From the human T2T-CHM13v2.0 reference genome, Homo sapiens, in assembly GCA_009914755.4 (NCBI GenBank), contig CP068257.2:25856001-25920000 (forward strand): a stretch of 64,000 bases of DNA, given 5' to 3'. Made by a program: the position numbers and the translations under genes. Below the pieces are notes generated by a model. That model did no database searches, was not told the origin of the DNA, and was given only the letters and a program-made list of their open reading frames with translations. Below, piece after piece: positions 13,308 through 26,262 of the stretch. Position 1 is the stretch's first letter. The number at the start of each line of letters is the position of its first letter.

Positions 13308-15287
13308 TGTTTCTTAGTCTGCCATAATAAAATACCATAGATTGTCTGGCTTAAACAATAGAAATTTATTTTTATTTGACATTTCTGGAGGCTGGGAAGT
13401 CCAAGATCAAACACTTTCTGGTGAGGGTTCTCCTCCTGACTTGCAGATAGCTGCCTTCTTGCAGTGCCTTCACCAGGTATAGAGAGAAGGAGAGCAACAT
13501 ATCTGGTGTCTTTTTTCAAAAGGACTCTAATCCAATCAGATCAGTGCCCTGCCCTTGTGACCTCTTTTAACCTTAATTACTTCCATACACCAAATACAGT
13601 CACACTGAGGACAGGGTTCCAACTTATGAATTTTGAAGGGGACATAATTCAGTGCCTACCATTTCATCCCTGGCCCTCCAAAATTTATGACTTTAGTCAG
13701 ATGCAAAATTAGTGCATTCCACTCCAACAGCTACCAAAATCTTAAGTTTTTCCAGAATCGATTCTAAATTCCAACATCTCTTCTAAATATAATCTACATC
13801 AGATATAAGTGAGACTTGAAATACACTTTATTCCTGGGCAAAACATCTGCTCCAGTTGTGAACCTATGAAATCAGAAAAGTTATGTACACAATGATGAGA
13901 CATGCATGGGAAAGACATCCCCATTCCAAAAGGGAGAAATATAAAAGAAGGAAGGGAGACAGGTCCCAATCAAGTCCAAGACCTATCAAGGCAAATTTCA
14001 TTAGATGTTAAGGCACAAGACTCATCTTATTTGTCTTGATTTTCTGCCTTACAGGCCCACTGGGCTGGGAACATCTGCCTCACACCTCTGCAGGGCAGCC
14101 CTGCCTCCAAGATCCTCTGCTAAGTCTCCACCCTCTAAAACTGAGGAGGATACAGCCTTGAGCCATGTGCCTGAGGTGGGAGTGGCAGCCCTGAGGCTTT
14201 CTGAATTGCCTTAGGCACTGATTCTTCCCTTTTTTTTTGAAGAATACACACTTTCAAAATCAAATAGACTTATGGGCCTGTTACAGATTCTTCCTGTAGA
14301 ACCCAACAAGCTCAACATGCTTGCTTGCTTCATTCCATTCTGCTTTCTCCCTTAGTTCAAATTGGCAATGTCTCTGCTAATATAATCCCATCTCTCTTCT
14401 TAGATTCTGCTGTTGAAATAATTGATTAAATCTATTCATGATCTCTTTTTCAAATGGTTGTTTAGCCACACCATTAGTGTCCTCTTCAAAGAAAACTTTC
14501 TCTCTTCTTATTCTTTTTTTTTTTTTTTAATTTGCAATATGGTTAGACTGAGAATTTTCCAAATCTCAGAGTTCTGGTTTATTTATGCTAACAATTTCTT
14601 CTTCGATTTATCTCTGTCTTTTCACACTTGGTATTAGCAGCAGGGAGGACAAAAGCCACTCATTCAATACTTTGCTTAGAAATCTCACCACAGGTTTTCT
14701 TTCCACAAAACACCACAACTCAATTCAGCTAAGTTCTTTGCCACTTTATAACAAAAATTGTTCTTCCTCTAGTTTCTAATAACTTGATACTTTATTTCAT
14801 CTGTGATCTCACCCATATTTCTAGTATGCACTTCAACACTCTTCCAATCTCTACCCATTATCCATTTCCAACACTACTTTCACATTTTTAGGTACTTTTT
14901 ACAATAGAATCCCACTGCTGGTACCAAAATTATTCTTACTCAGCTTGGGCTTCCATAATAAACTACCATATACTGGGCGACTTAAACAACAGAAATGTAT
15001 TTTTTTTATCCCACAGCTCTGGAGGCTGGGAACTCCAAGATCAAGGTACCAGTCAAATCAGTTTCTACTGAAGGCTCTCTTTCTGGTTTGCAGATGGCTG
15101 TCTTCTCACTGTGTCTTCTTATGGCAGAGAGAAAGTGTCTTTTATCATAAAGACAATAATCCCATTAGGTCAGGCCCCACCCTTAGGACATCTTTAATAT
15201 TAATTGCTTCCTTACTCCAAAGATAGTCAAATGGAAGATAGGACTTCAATTTATAAATGTAGAGAGGACACCATTCAGTTTATAGAA
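13308..15287 (-). mobile_element. ERVL-MaLR element with both LTRs (MLT1-like LTR, internal region, LTR), antisense, about 2 kb
   Basis: Two diverged copies of the same LTR lie in the same orientation: 13308-13662 and about 14925-15287. Both read as the reverse complement of an MLT1-type LTR (…ggcttaaacaa[ct]agaaat.tatt…ttctggaggctgggaa.tccaagatcaa… and …gacat/caccattcag…). The 1.26-kb segment between them has THE1-int-like termini: …cccactgctggtaccaaaatta (PBS-like, next to the right LTR) and ccctggccctccaaaattt…gatgcaaaatt (next to the left LTR). The family name is uncertain. Confidence 0.5.
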
Positions 15288-17521
15288 TCATGATCTCTTA
15301 TTTAGCTACATCTCCTTGACTTTTAATCTTTAGCTTGATATATAAGCACAATATAATAACTACTCTACCACTTGGAGCAATGAATTGCTCAATCTCACAT
15401 GACACTCTGAGAAGCTTATGGTGTGAATTTCAGAACAATCTGTCTGGGGGGAAGAAAGGAGAATGCGTTAATGTATTGACTTTCTTCCCACTCTCCTTCC
15501 CATGGGTCTTCCATATGGCAGTTCCTGGAAAGTCCCTGTGAGAAGTTGAAAATGAGATGCTGCCAGGTTGTGTCCATGTAAATTGGATAGAGCATGACTG
15601 GAACTTAGCATAGCAGTAGCTCAAATAGAAGGTGAATCTGAGAGTCTTTGAACTGGTGACCAAAAAATGAGTGATTCAGGCTGTTACAAATTTAAAATGG
15701 CCACAGATCCTTTTACACCCCTCCCACTGAAAGCAAGTGGTCTATGTTCCTTCTTTTTGAATCTGGGAAATTCCATAATGGATTATGGGAGAATGGAGGC
15801 TGTGCCAAGTTTCAGGTTTAGTCTTTAAAAGATTGTCAGTTTCTAGTGGGTTCTGTTTGTTGGAATACTAGTTTTTGAAAACCAGTTATCAGGCTGTGGA
15901 AAGTTCAAGTGATGTGAAGAAACCACATGTAGACAATTTGGACATTATTTCCAGCTAAACTCCCAGCCAAAGCCCACATCAACTGCCAGGCAACTGATTG
16001 TGCTATGCTGGGACATCCAACCCAATTCCAGCTGTCATCTGATAGCAGCTACACACAAGAATCCGTGAGAATGCCCATCAGAGGCTACTCAACCCATTAG
16101 ACTGTGAGAGATAAAAATAAATCATTGTCTTGTGTCACAAGATAAGGGCATAAAATTGACATGGTATAAATTATTATATTAAATACTCAACAGTAGGAGT
16201 TTATTGATAATCAAAGTGGTTTTTACTTTACTTATTAACACTTTTATACTATTATTGCAGCTTATTTTGAGAGAAATGTCAGTGTATTCTGAGCTGTCTT
16301 TTTATGTTTTGTTTATATTTGCTTTGATGCACATACATAGTGAAGTTATTAGCACAAAGATGTGTTAATTAAAGATAATTAACATATCTATTATCTCACA
16401 TAGTTATCCAATCTATTGAGGACAAAGTTTTTGTCTAATTTTTAAATTCATTTTTTTATATCACTATTGCCTGTCACCAATATTGGCACAGATTAGACAT
16501 TTAAGGTGAATATCTTAAAAAAGGTAAAAGTTTACGACAATGTAATAGTATTTGAGAGGAAAAACAGAAGACCAGTTAGCGAGGAGGCCGTGAAAAATTC
16601 AAACCCTGACTATCCAATCTTTGTTTATAATAAATTGGTGAATTTTTCTCCTAAGATATGAACTAATCTCTTTGTAATTTCCTGATCGTAATCAGTAGTT
16701 AAAAATCTACTCTGTGAATTACAGATTGTTCAGACAAACAATTCAATTTGCCCACATTTTCTCTAGGCATGACTAAATTAGGGGGCATTCCGACTGCAAA
16801 CCAGTTTTATCCAAACTACCCATAATGTGACCATTGTTTTGCTAGTGACTTTAACAATAAGATGCATTATACAAATATTTTAAAATTTCAGTTATGCAAC
16901 CCATTATTATTGCTTTCAGCTACATTTACATAACATGAGTAGGGAACTAGGATATAACCCACAAAATGACCTAGGGCATTGACTGAATGTTAAAATCATC
17001 AATGAATGTTGTCCTCCAAACTGATTAAGATAATATTTTTGATGTTTTTAATATTTTCCTGAATAAGTTTTTAACCACTGTCCCTTTATACATATAAGCA
17101 TTTCTCTATTTTGTTAAATATTTGTATTTAATTAAATATGTATTTTGTTACCATATTTTTATTTATGTTTCCAAAAGGCACATAAAAAATTATCATATTA
17201 ATTACATGTAATGTTGCTTTTTAATGATTTATTCTGCTCAATGAAATGAATATCATCTTCATAATAAAGTGTTGCCTAACATTCTATTTTAGGGACTACA
17301 GAAATGGGGAACATAGCTTCCTTTTAAAATAGAAAAAAGGCCACATTTTAGAAAGTGCATTACTAGGACATTAATTATAGTCTATGAAAGTTTGTAATGC
17401 TAATTTCATAATAAAGTCTTTCTTCACTGACATTGACATTCACATTAATGATCATTCTTTTATTTACTATGATAGCGTAAGGGCACTGTAGAATCCAGTT
17501 TAAGTCACATACACATGTGCA

Positions 17522-17547
17522 AACACACACACACACACATACACACT
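17522..17547. repeat. Short interrupted (CA)n
   Basis: Direct read of the sequence. Confidence 0.8.
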
Positions 17548-19427
17548 CAAGAGCGTTCTCAGCAGGCATTGATTATACAAAAAGACATATGCTCTCACAT
17601 CTTTCTGTGTTCCTGATCCTGGAAAGATTGATCAAAGAAGATCCTCTTCTACTTTAAAAGCCAAGGTCCTTTCCAGATTTCCTTCCGCTTTCTTTCCAGT
17701 AGTTGTCAGGGCCTTAGAAATTGTAACTCCTCTAAGCATTAATGCCCCGCACAGTAGCACCTCTGTAAGACAGCAGATGCTGCTTTGAGAGAAGGTACCC
17801 TAATGTTACGCCAGAGCCTAATATTGATAGATAAACTCTATAATTATAAAATAATTATGTGAAAGTGGAGTGTTGCTGAATTTTGCATGTTGTATTATTT
17901 AATAATGTTTTACTATCATTTTGTCATTCAAGTAAAAGTCTCATTTTTCCAGGAATATTTTGCTGCTACATTTTCACCATTGAGAAGCAAAACAAAAACA
18001 AAACAAAACAAAAAAACAGCGAAACAATGCTCATAGTTCTTAAGAAAAGAAACTTTGTAGGTTAGTATCTAGGCATAATTGAGAATTATGATCATAATGA
18101 AACAACTACTAGCCTTTCAGAAAAGGTTAAAAGCTATACATGTTTGAGAAAAATACCTTTGCTCATTATAATACCTGGTACATCATGTTATAATTAAGAT
18201 TGTGTCACTCTTTCCATTATAAATCACTATTTTAAAGACTCATAAAGCAGCTGTAAAAATGAGCTCCAGGCTCAACTTGGCATGTAAAATATTAACCCAA
18301 GAGAATTTATGTTTTTTATTTTTATTTTACTTTTGTACAAAACTGTCTTTCAGGCCTTCTTAAAATAAAGCAAAATTTCAAGTAGATTTTTTCTTTCAGG
18401 TGCCTTTTTGGCACTTCATAAATCAAAACCAGTCTTGCTTGTTAAAAACCAAATCTTGCAAGCACTTGGTGAATTAGGAGAGGTAATCATTTTGAGTGCT
18501 TCAAATGACTCTTTTAAAAGTGCCTTAAATATTTTAAACATTACATGTGATCACTAAATATCTGAAGAGTTTTATAAGCCACCTACCAGGAAAATTTTTG
18601 CTTCTTTCCTTTCCAGATGGCATTAAAAACATTAATGATGCCAAAGTATAGTGTAAGACACTTTGCTATTATTGGTGTGATTCACTATTTCAGAATTTAG
18701 TTTCCATAAGACAGCTCCCTATGGCAAGCCATTCCAGCCTAATAATCCCCTTGTGTAATATTGTCTACCTGTGCCCACCAAGTGTGCACAGTGCTTCACT
18801 TGGCTGATATGCACTTGCTACATACACCCTGAAAGTTCAACCAATTGCATATCTAGAGTAGAATTTTTACAATATTCTCACCATTACAAAGAATATACTT
18901 TGTCACCAATGCATATAGACTAAATATAAATCCAGAGTTCATTTGGCTGAGCAAGACTCAACTGCAGAAGCAATTGAATAGTTAACATGTAAAAATTATA
19001 CACTATATAGAGCCAATAGCTAAGACATTCTATATGTCTAGATGAGGTCCTTTTTAATATGAGTTTTTTTTTCATCTCAAGTAGAAGTCTAATCCACTCT
19101 GAAGGTGAGAAAACTGATTTTTTCAGTGGGTTCTTGTCTGCATTGATATCTATCTTTCAAACCTGAAGAGAAAATGCACAAAGTTGGCTGATATTAGATG
19201 TCAAAATCATTTTAAGTTAAATAAATTTGCTTATGGTTTAGATATTTAAACACTTGAATTTAGGTCATTATCTGTGGTCATTAACAGAATTCCTTTTGTT
19301 AAGTGAGTCTTATTGTTCAGGTCCATGGATTATCTATACTTGTTGCACTCTTCCCAAGCACAAAACGCTTTTCTAAATGTTTTCGATTATATTCTTTCAT
19401 TTAATTCTCACAGCAGTTGATATGGTT

Positions 19428-20945
19428 AGGCTTTGTGTTCACACCCAAGGCTCATCTTGAATTGTAATTCCCAGGTGTTGAGGGAGAGACCTGGTGGGAG
19501 GTGATTGGCTCATGGGGGCAGTTTCCCTCATGCTGTTCTTATGGTAGTGACAGAATTCTCACATGATCTGATGGGTTTCATTTTTTTTTTTTTTTTTTTT
19601 TTTTTTTTGAGATGGAGTCTCGCTCTATCGCCAAGGCTGGAGTACAGTGGTGTGATCTCGGCTCACTGCAAGCTCTGCCTCCCAGGTTCACGCCATTCTC
19701 CTGCCTCAGCCTGCTGAGTAGCTGGGACTACAGGCGCCCACCACTGCGTCCAGCTAATTTTTTGTATTTTTAGTAGAGATGGGGTTTTACCATGTTAGCC
19801 AGGATGGTCTCAATCTCCTGACCTTGTGATCCGCCCGCCTCGGCCTCCCAAAGTGCTGGGATTTATAAGGGGCACTTTCCTCTTCACTTGTTTCACACAC
19901 TCCCTCCTGCTGCCTTGTGAAGAAAGTGCCTACTTCCCCCTCACCTTCCACCATGATGGTAAGTTTCCTGAGGCCTCCTAGCCATGCTTCCTGTTAAGCC
20001 TGCAGAACTGTGAGTGAATTAAACCTCCTTTGTAAGATACCCAGTCTCAGGTAGTATCTTTATAGCAGTGTGAGAACAGACTAATACAGTAAATTGGTAC
20101 CAGGAGTGGGGTACTGCTATAAAGATATCTGAAAACATGGTAGCAACTTTGCAATTGGGTAACAGGAAGAGGTTGGAACAGTTTGAAGGGATCAGAAGAA
20201 GACAGGAAGATGTGGGAAACTTTGGAACTTCCTAGAGACTCGTTGAATGGTTTTGACCAAAGTGCTGACAGTGATATGGACGATGAAGTTCAGGCTGAGG
20301 TGGTCTCAGATGGAGATGAGGAACTCACTGGGAACTGGAGCAAAGGTCACTCTTGCTATGCTTTAGCAAAGAAACTGGCAGCATTTTGCCTCTGTTCAAG
20401 AGATCTATGGAACTTTGAACTTGAGAGAGATGATTTGAGACTTGAACTTGTATTTAAAGGGAAGCAGAGCCTAAAAGTTCAGAATATTTGCAGCCTGACA
20501 ATGCAATAGAAAAAAAGAAAAAGCGTCATTTTCTGAGGGGAATTTCCAGCCAGCTGCAGAGATTTGCAAAAGTAATGAGGACCCAAATGTTAATTGACTA
20601 GACAATGGGGAAAATGCCTCCAGGGAATGTCAGAGATCTTGGCAGCAGCCTTTCATCACAGGCCCAGAGGCCTAGGAGGAAAAAATAGTTTCATAAGCTG
20701 GGCCCAGGGCACTCCCTACTCTGCGCAACCTCAAGACTTGGTACCCTATAGCCTAGCCATGGATTAAAGGGGCCAACACACTACAGGCACTATTCTAGTA
20801 TCATTATTCTCTGCATCAAGCATCTGGAAACCCTCCTGCATAGTCGATGGCTTGAGCACAAGAATTTTCAGGAAGTTGCTGCAGGAATGCTGCAGCAACA
20901 TGTCTCACCAGAGTTTGTTACACTGTTGGTACAAGATTCAGGGGC
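19428..20945 (+). mobile_element. ERVL-MaLR (MST/THE1-like) 5' LTR plus internal region, 3'-truncated (no downstream LTR seen), with an Alu inside the LTR
   Basis: The LTR start is tgatatggttaggctttgtgttcacacccaa…gaattgtaattcccaggtgttgagggagagacctggtgggaggtgattggctcatggggg. The LTR end …ccagtctcaggtagtatctttatagcagtgtgagaacagactaatacag is at 20099. It is followed by the internal PBS region taaattggtaccaggagtggggtactgctataaagatatctgaaaacatgg…. The 108-aa ORF at 20183-20509 lies in this non-coding internal region. The 3' extent is approximate. Confidence 0.7.
19581..19863 (-). mobile_element. Alu element (AluS/Y-like, 5'-truncated), antisense, inserted into the MaLR LTR
   Basis: 28-nt T-run, then gagatggagtctcgctctatcgccaaggctggagtacagtgg…cctcccaaagtgctgggatt. 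The LTR consensus continues on both sides (…gatctgatgggtttca | Alu | tataaggggcactt…). Confidence 0.9.
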
Positions 20946-23900
20946 ATCCTTTATATATTTTAACTAAAACACATTGCTTGAAAACTCTTCTAAAACCATC
21001 AATAAGAACTATTTAAATTTTCTACCTGTCCATCAGTAAAGTATTAATGTGGATATGATGGCTGAGGCTTCATGCGTCTCGGGTTTCTGATATAATACTA
21101 ATTGATGGTCTTTAGATCTAAATTCCTGAGTAGACAACTGATTACTCTAGCATTTCAATTTAAATTAATAAGCACAGATAAAATCCCTGTGTCCATGCCA
21201 ATGTATTTACAATTGAAGACCTCACAACCAATTAGTATTTGAGGTGGAATCCCAAATTACTTAGCTTAGGAATTTTATGCTGAAGGCCATGGAGAGCTAT
21301 GAAAGAGCTTTGCTAAAGTTGTCACATAATCAGAGTTTCCCCTTAAAAAGATCACTCAGGTTGCATGAAGGCAACATGCAGGAAGATTGCAAGAATAGAT
21401 GATAGGAAACTACTATCATCAGAAAGCAGCCCAGGCAAAAGATGGACATGGATAAGTCCATTAAAAGAGATGTGTTCTACGCCTCATCCCACTATAGTTT
21501 ACTTTTAACACTTTCTAGTGCCAGTCATATAGATAAAAATGATTAAACAGTATTTGGGTCTTCAGAAGAAATCAGAATTTTTTAAAGGCAAAAATACTCT
21601 ACCTATTTTAGATATATTTCACTAAAGTACACACAAAAATAAATTATGCAGAAATAATTTAAAGTTAGAGTAAACAACTTGTGGCTCTTTAAGAAACTGT
21701 GACTCAGTGGTAACAGAGAGAAATAGACAATAAGTATAAAATCATTAATTAGGCCATAGAGCTAGAAGGGAACCTTAGGGCCAGTCTATACCTTCATGTT
21801 TTATTAAATTCTAAGTGCTCAGCCCACTATTATTTTCAGTAATAGAAAGTTTGGATTTTGATTATTTGTTTACTGTGTAACTCCTAGGACTCATTAAAAA
21901 ATCTCAGAAACTTTATCATGTTTGAAGTAAATAAAAGTGTATTTTCAATGACTTTATTAAACTTAGGTATCTAATTTCCATTTTCTACCAAAAAATACAG
22001 ACATACGAAAATGAGGGGTACAACTTCATGCCACGCGTTACCAGCTTAAAAGCACTTGGAAAGACTTGCTTTACTTATACTGTCTTTATCATGGAACAAA
22101 AACAAATGAGTCAGTTATGTCCCTATCAACACACTATAAATCTTTGATGTCTATACAATGCCACATTAAAGTACAAGAAGCTCTACTGTCAGTGTCTAAC
22201 TACCAAATAAACTTGACAGTCAGGAAATACAGAAAGCAAACTTGGGAAATACAACACAGTCAATCTGTATCTGGGATGATACAGTGTTTTCATTTGGTAA
22301 AAGATAACATATGGCTCATGCAGTCTTTGAGGGTGATGTCACTGTGTATATACCCTGCCAACATCTCTAATGTTATAAACTTAGGGGCCAAGTAATTGTA
22401 CTAGAGAAGTAAGGCAAATAAATATGTTGGGTTAACCAAAGGGAATGAAACATAGGTTTAGATTTTCCTAGTTATGAGTTAACATGCTTCTCCAGAAGAT
22501 AAGGTAGAAAAAAATATCTGGGTTTAGAGTATTGAGTCCAAGACACTGAGAACACACAAGGCTCATAATAGTACAGACGTGAAGGAAGAGAAGCAATGAG
22601 TTATCACAGTCAGTAAAATTTATATGCAGCCAAATACAGAACCTGATGTGTTTTCCTCCTTTCTAGGAGGACAGATTACAGCCCTGGCAATGTAGTCATC
22701 TATACAAGAAAGAATAGATGCAATTAATTCTGTATGTTCACAATAAGCATGAGAACACATAGATTTAAACCTATAAATAATTCAAATTGTAATTTGTTTT
22801 AGCAAGAATATGTAACATTTGGGCAACCAAAGCTAATCAGACAGAGACCGACGTTGCCCATACCTGGCGCAATTCCTCCATAACTGTCATTTTGGTTTTA
22901 TTTTTTCCACTCCATTTTAAGGATTTCCTTGTAAATTAAATTTTGATATTGCTTTAAAATATTAAAGAAGGAAGACAGTGAGTTAGATTAACCATCTTGT
23001 ATGCTTCAACTTCTTGACCACCTGGAAGTGATTCTGGGATACATATTTCCCCGAAGGCTCAGTCTAAAATACAAACTCAAACATTATCTACACAGAAAAC
23101 ATATATTCGTTAATGAGAAGGATAGAGAACTCTTCTAATTTTCATTTCTGCTACTCAGAGACAGTTCAAACTTGATTAACCATGAGGCAATATAATACTG
23201 TGCTTGAAGCAAAGCTGTGTTTAAATCCCAGCTCTGTTTTTATTGGCTGTTTCAGCTTGGACAAGTTAATGTCCCCATCTTTAAAATATGAGGAATAGTA
23301 GTCCTTACTTTATAGAGATGGTTAAGGATTAAGTGAACTATTATTTAAAAGGTTTCAAATAGTGTTTGGCTCCTAGTAAGTACTATGTAAGTATTTATTT
23401 TAATTTTAAAAATTGAGAGCATTTCCTCTCAGAGAGCTATTATGTATTGTGATGATTAATTTTGTGTGTCAACTTAGCTAGACTATTTTGCCCAGTTTTT
23501 TGATCAAGTACCATTGTAGATGTTGTTGTGAAGGCACTTTTAAAGATGTGATTAGTTCTAGATCCTTGAGGAATTGCCACACTGTCTTCCACAATGAACT
23601 AATTTACACTCCCAATAACAGTGTAAAAGCATTCCTATTTCTCCAAATCGTCTCCAGCATCTGTTGTTTCCTGACTTTTTAATGATCGCCATTCTAACTG
23701 GCATGAGATGGTATCTCATTGCGGTTTTCATTTGCATTTCTCTGATGGCCAGTGATGATGAGCATTTTTTCACGTGTCTCTTGGCTGCATAAATGTCGCC
23801 TTTTGAGAAGTGTCTGTTCATATCCTTTGCCCACTTTTTGATGGAGTTGTTTGTTTTTTTCTTGTAAATTTGTTTAAGTTCTTTGTAGATTCTGGATATT

Positions 23901-23958
23901 AGCCTTTTGTCAGATGGGTAGATTGTAAAAATTTTCTCCCATTCTGTAGGTTGCCTGT

Positions 23959-24609
23959 TCACTCTGAAGGTAGTTTCTTTTGCGTGCAGAAGCTCTTTAG
24001 TTTAATTAGACCCCATTTGTCTATTTTGGCTTTTGTTGCCATTGCTTTTGGTGTTTTAGTCATGAAGTCTTTGTCCATACCTATGTCCTGAATGGTATTG
24101 CCTAGGTTTTCTTCTTGGGTTTTTATGGTTCTAGGTCTTACATTTAAGTTTTTAATCCATCTTGAGTTAATTTTTGTATACAGTGTAAGGAAGGGATCCA
24201 GGTCTAGCTTTCTACAAATGGCTAGAAAGTTTTCCCAGCACCATTTATTAAATAGGGAATCCTTTCCCCATTGCTTTTTTTTGTCAGGTTTGTCAAAGAT
24301 CAGATGGTTGTAGATGTGTAGTGTTATTTCTGAGGCCTCTGTTCTGTTCCATTGGTCTACATATCTGTTTTGGTACCAGTACCATGCTGTTTTGGTTATT
24401 GTAGCCTTGTAGTATAGTTTGAAGTCAGGCAGCATGATGCCTCCAACTTCGTTCTTTTTGCTTAGGCTTGTCTTGGCTATGCAGGCTCTTTCTTGGTTCC
24501 ATATGAACTTTATAGCAGTTTTTTCCAATTCTGTGAAGAAAGTCATTGGTAGCTTGATGGGGATGGCATTGAATCTATAAATTACCTTGGGCAGTATGGC
24601 CATTTTCAT
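23959..24609 (-). pseudogene. L1 ORF2p fragment (216-aa open frame) inside the inverted L1 segment; not a functional gene
   Basis: The translation (…[24 protein letters not shown]…WYWYQNR…[12 protein letters not shown]…) is L1 ORF2 protein. The adjacent ORF at 23558-23962 continues it. Confidence 0.8.
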
Positions 24610-25374
24610 GATATTGATTCTTCCTATCCATGAGCATGGAATGTTCTTCCATTTGTTTGTGTCCTCTTTTATTTTGTTGAACAGTGGTTTGTAGTTTTCC
24701 TTGAAAAGGTGCTTCGCATTCCTTGTAAGTTGGATTCCTAGATATTTTATTCTCTTTGTAGCAATTGTGAATGGGAGCTAACTCATGATTTGGCTCTCTG
24801 TTTATCTGTTATTGGTGTATAGGAATGCTTTTGATTTTTGCTAGAAATACCATTTGACCAAGTGATCCCACTACTGAGTGTATACCCAAGGGTTTATAAA
24901 TCATGCCTCTATAAAGACACATGCACACGTATGTTTTTTGTGGCACCATTCACAATAGCAAAGACTTGGAACCAACCCAAATGTCCATCAATGATAGACT
25001 GGATTAAGAAAATATAGCACATATACACCATGGAATACTATGCAGCCATAAAAAAGGATGAGTTCATGTCCTTTGCAGGGACATGAATGAAGCTGGAAAC
25101 CATCATTTTCAGCAAACTATTGCAGGGACAGAAGGCCAAACACTGCATGTTTGCACTCATAGGTGGGAATTGAACAATGAGAACACATGAACACAGGGCA
25201 GGGAGCATCACACACTGGGGCCTTTCGGGGAGTGGGGGGCTGCAGGAGGGATAGCATTAGGAAAAATACCTAATGTAAATGATGAGTTGATGGGTGCAGC
25301 AAGCCAACATGGCATATGTATACCTATGTAACAAACCTGCACATTGTGCACATGTACCCTAGAACTTAAAGTAA

Positions 25375-25378
<4 letters not shown>

Positions 25379-25424
<46 letters not shown>
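25379..25424. repeat. (TA)n microsatellite, about 23 units, replacing the L1 poly-A tail
   Basis: Direct read of the sequence. Confidence 0.95.
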
Positions 25425-25428
<4 letters not shown>

Positions 25429-25475
25429 TGATTAATATTTAAATTAGTAGACTTTGAGTAAGTAATATTATTCTC

Positions 25476-25799
<324 letters not shown>

Positions 25800-25959
25800 T
25801 CAGCTGAAAGCCTTTAGAGCAAAGACAGGTCTCTGAAGAAGTAATTTTGCCTAAGGACTGCATTTCCAGCAGGCTTGCTCTTTCTTGTGGAATTTGGACT
25901 CAAAACTGCATTATTAACTCTTACCTGAATTTCTAGTCTGCTGACTTATCCTATTAAAA

Positions 25960-26262
25960 TCTCTATCTCTGTCTCTCTCTCTCTCTCTCTCTCTATGTGT
26001 ATATATATATAGACTTATAGATATCTATATATACACACACTATATATACGTTCTATATGTACAAGATAATATACTACATATAATATACAAGATAATATAT
26101 TATATATATAATTATCTCTCCATATATCTCTCCATATATCTCTCCATATATTATATATATAATTATCTCTCCAGATATATCTCTGTATATATCTCCATAT
26201 ATGATATCATATATATGATATCATATATCATAATATATATGATAATATACATATTATCATTT
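25960..26262. repeat. Compound low-complexity TC/TA/CA-rich tract, including about four copies of a roughly 13-bp unit (atatctctccata)
   Basis: Direct read: ctctatctctgtctctctctctctctct…tatatatatagacttatagatatctatatatacacacac…atatatctctccatatatctctccatatatctctccatata…. Confidence 0.8.

Larger units (their letters stand above)
23555..25424 (+). mobile_element. 5'-truncated L1PA-type L1 with a twin-priming 5' inversion: ORF2 segment inverted (23555-24840, antisense) joined to the ORF2 end plus 3' UTR in sense (24841-25378), then a (TA)n tail
   Basis: The left segment is the reverse complement of L1 ORF2 (…ggatctagaact at its left edge down to …gcaaaaatcaaaagcattcctatacacc at 24840). The right segment starts ctagaaataccatttgacc…, the L1 position immediately following the left segment's edge, and runs to …gtaccctagaacttaaagtaaaataat. 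The 13-bp TSD aaagatgtgatta is at 23542-23554 and again as (a)gatgtgatta at 25425-25434 after the tail. The pre-insertion site reads cttTT|AAAG, the L1 endonuclease motif. Confidence 0.8.

Noticed and set aside
20183-20509. 108-aa ORF with an acidic stretch (DSDMDDEVQAEVVSDGDEE) that superficially resembles a real protein segment
   Set aside because: It is located in the MST-type MaLR internal region that directly follows the LTR and PBS at 20099-20110. It is repeat-derived, not a gene.
25960-26262. Regularly spaced short repeats (about four copies of a 13-bp unit) that could be misread as a CRISPR-like array
   Set aside because: This is eukaryotic, primate DNA. The units are TA/TC low-complexity microsatellite variants with no spacer-repeat architecture.
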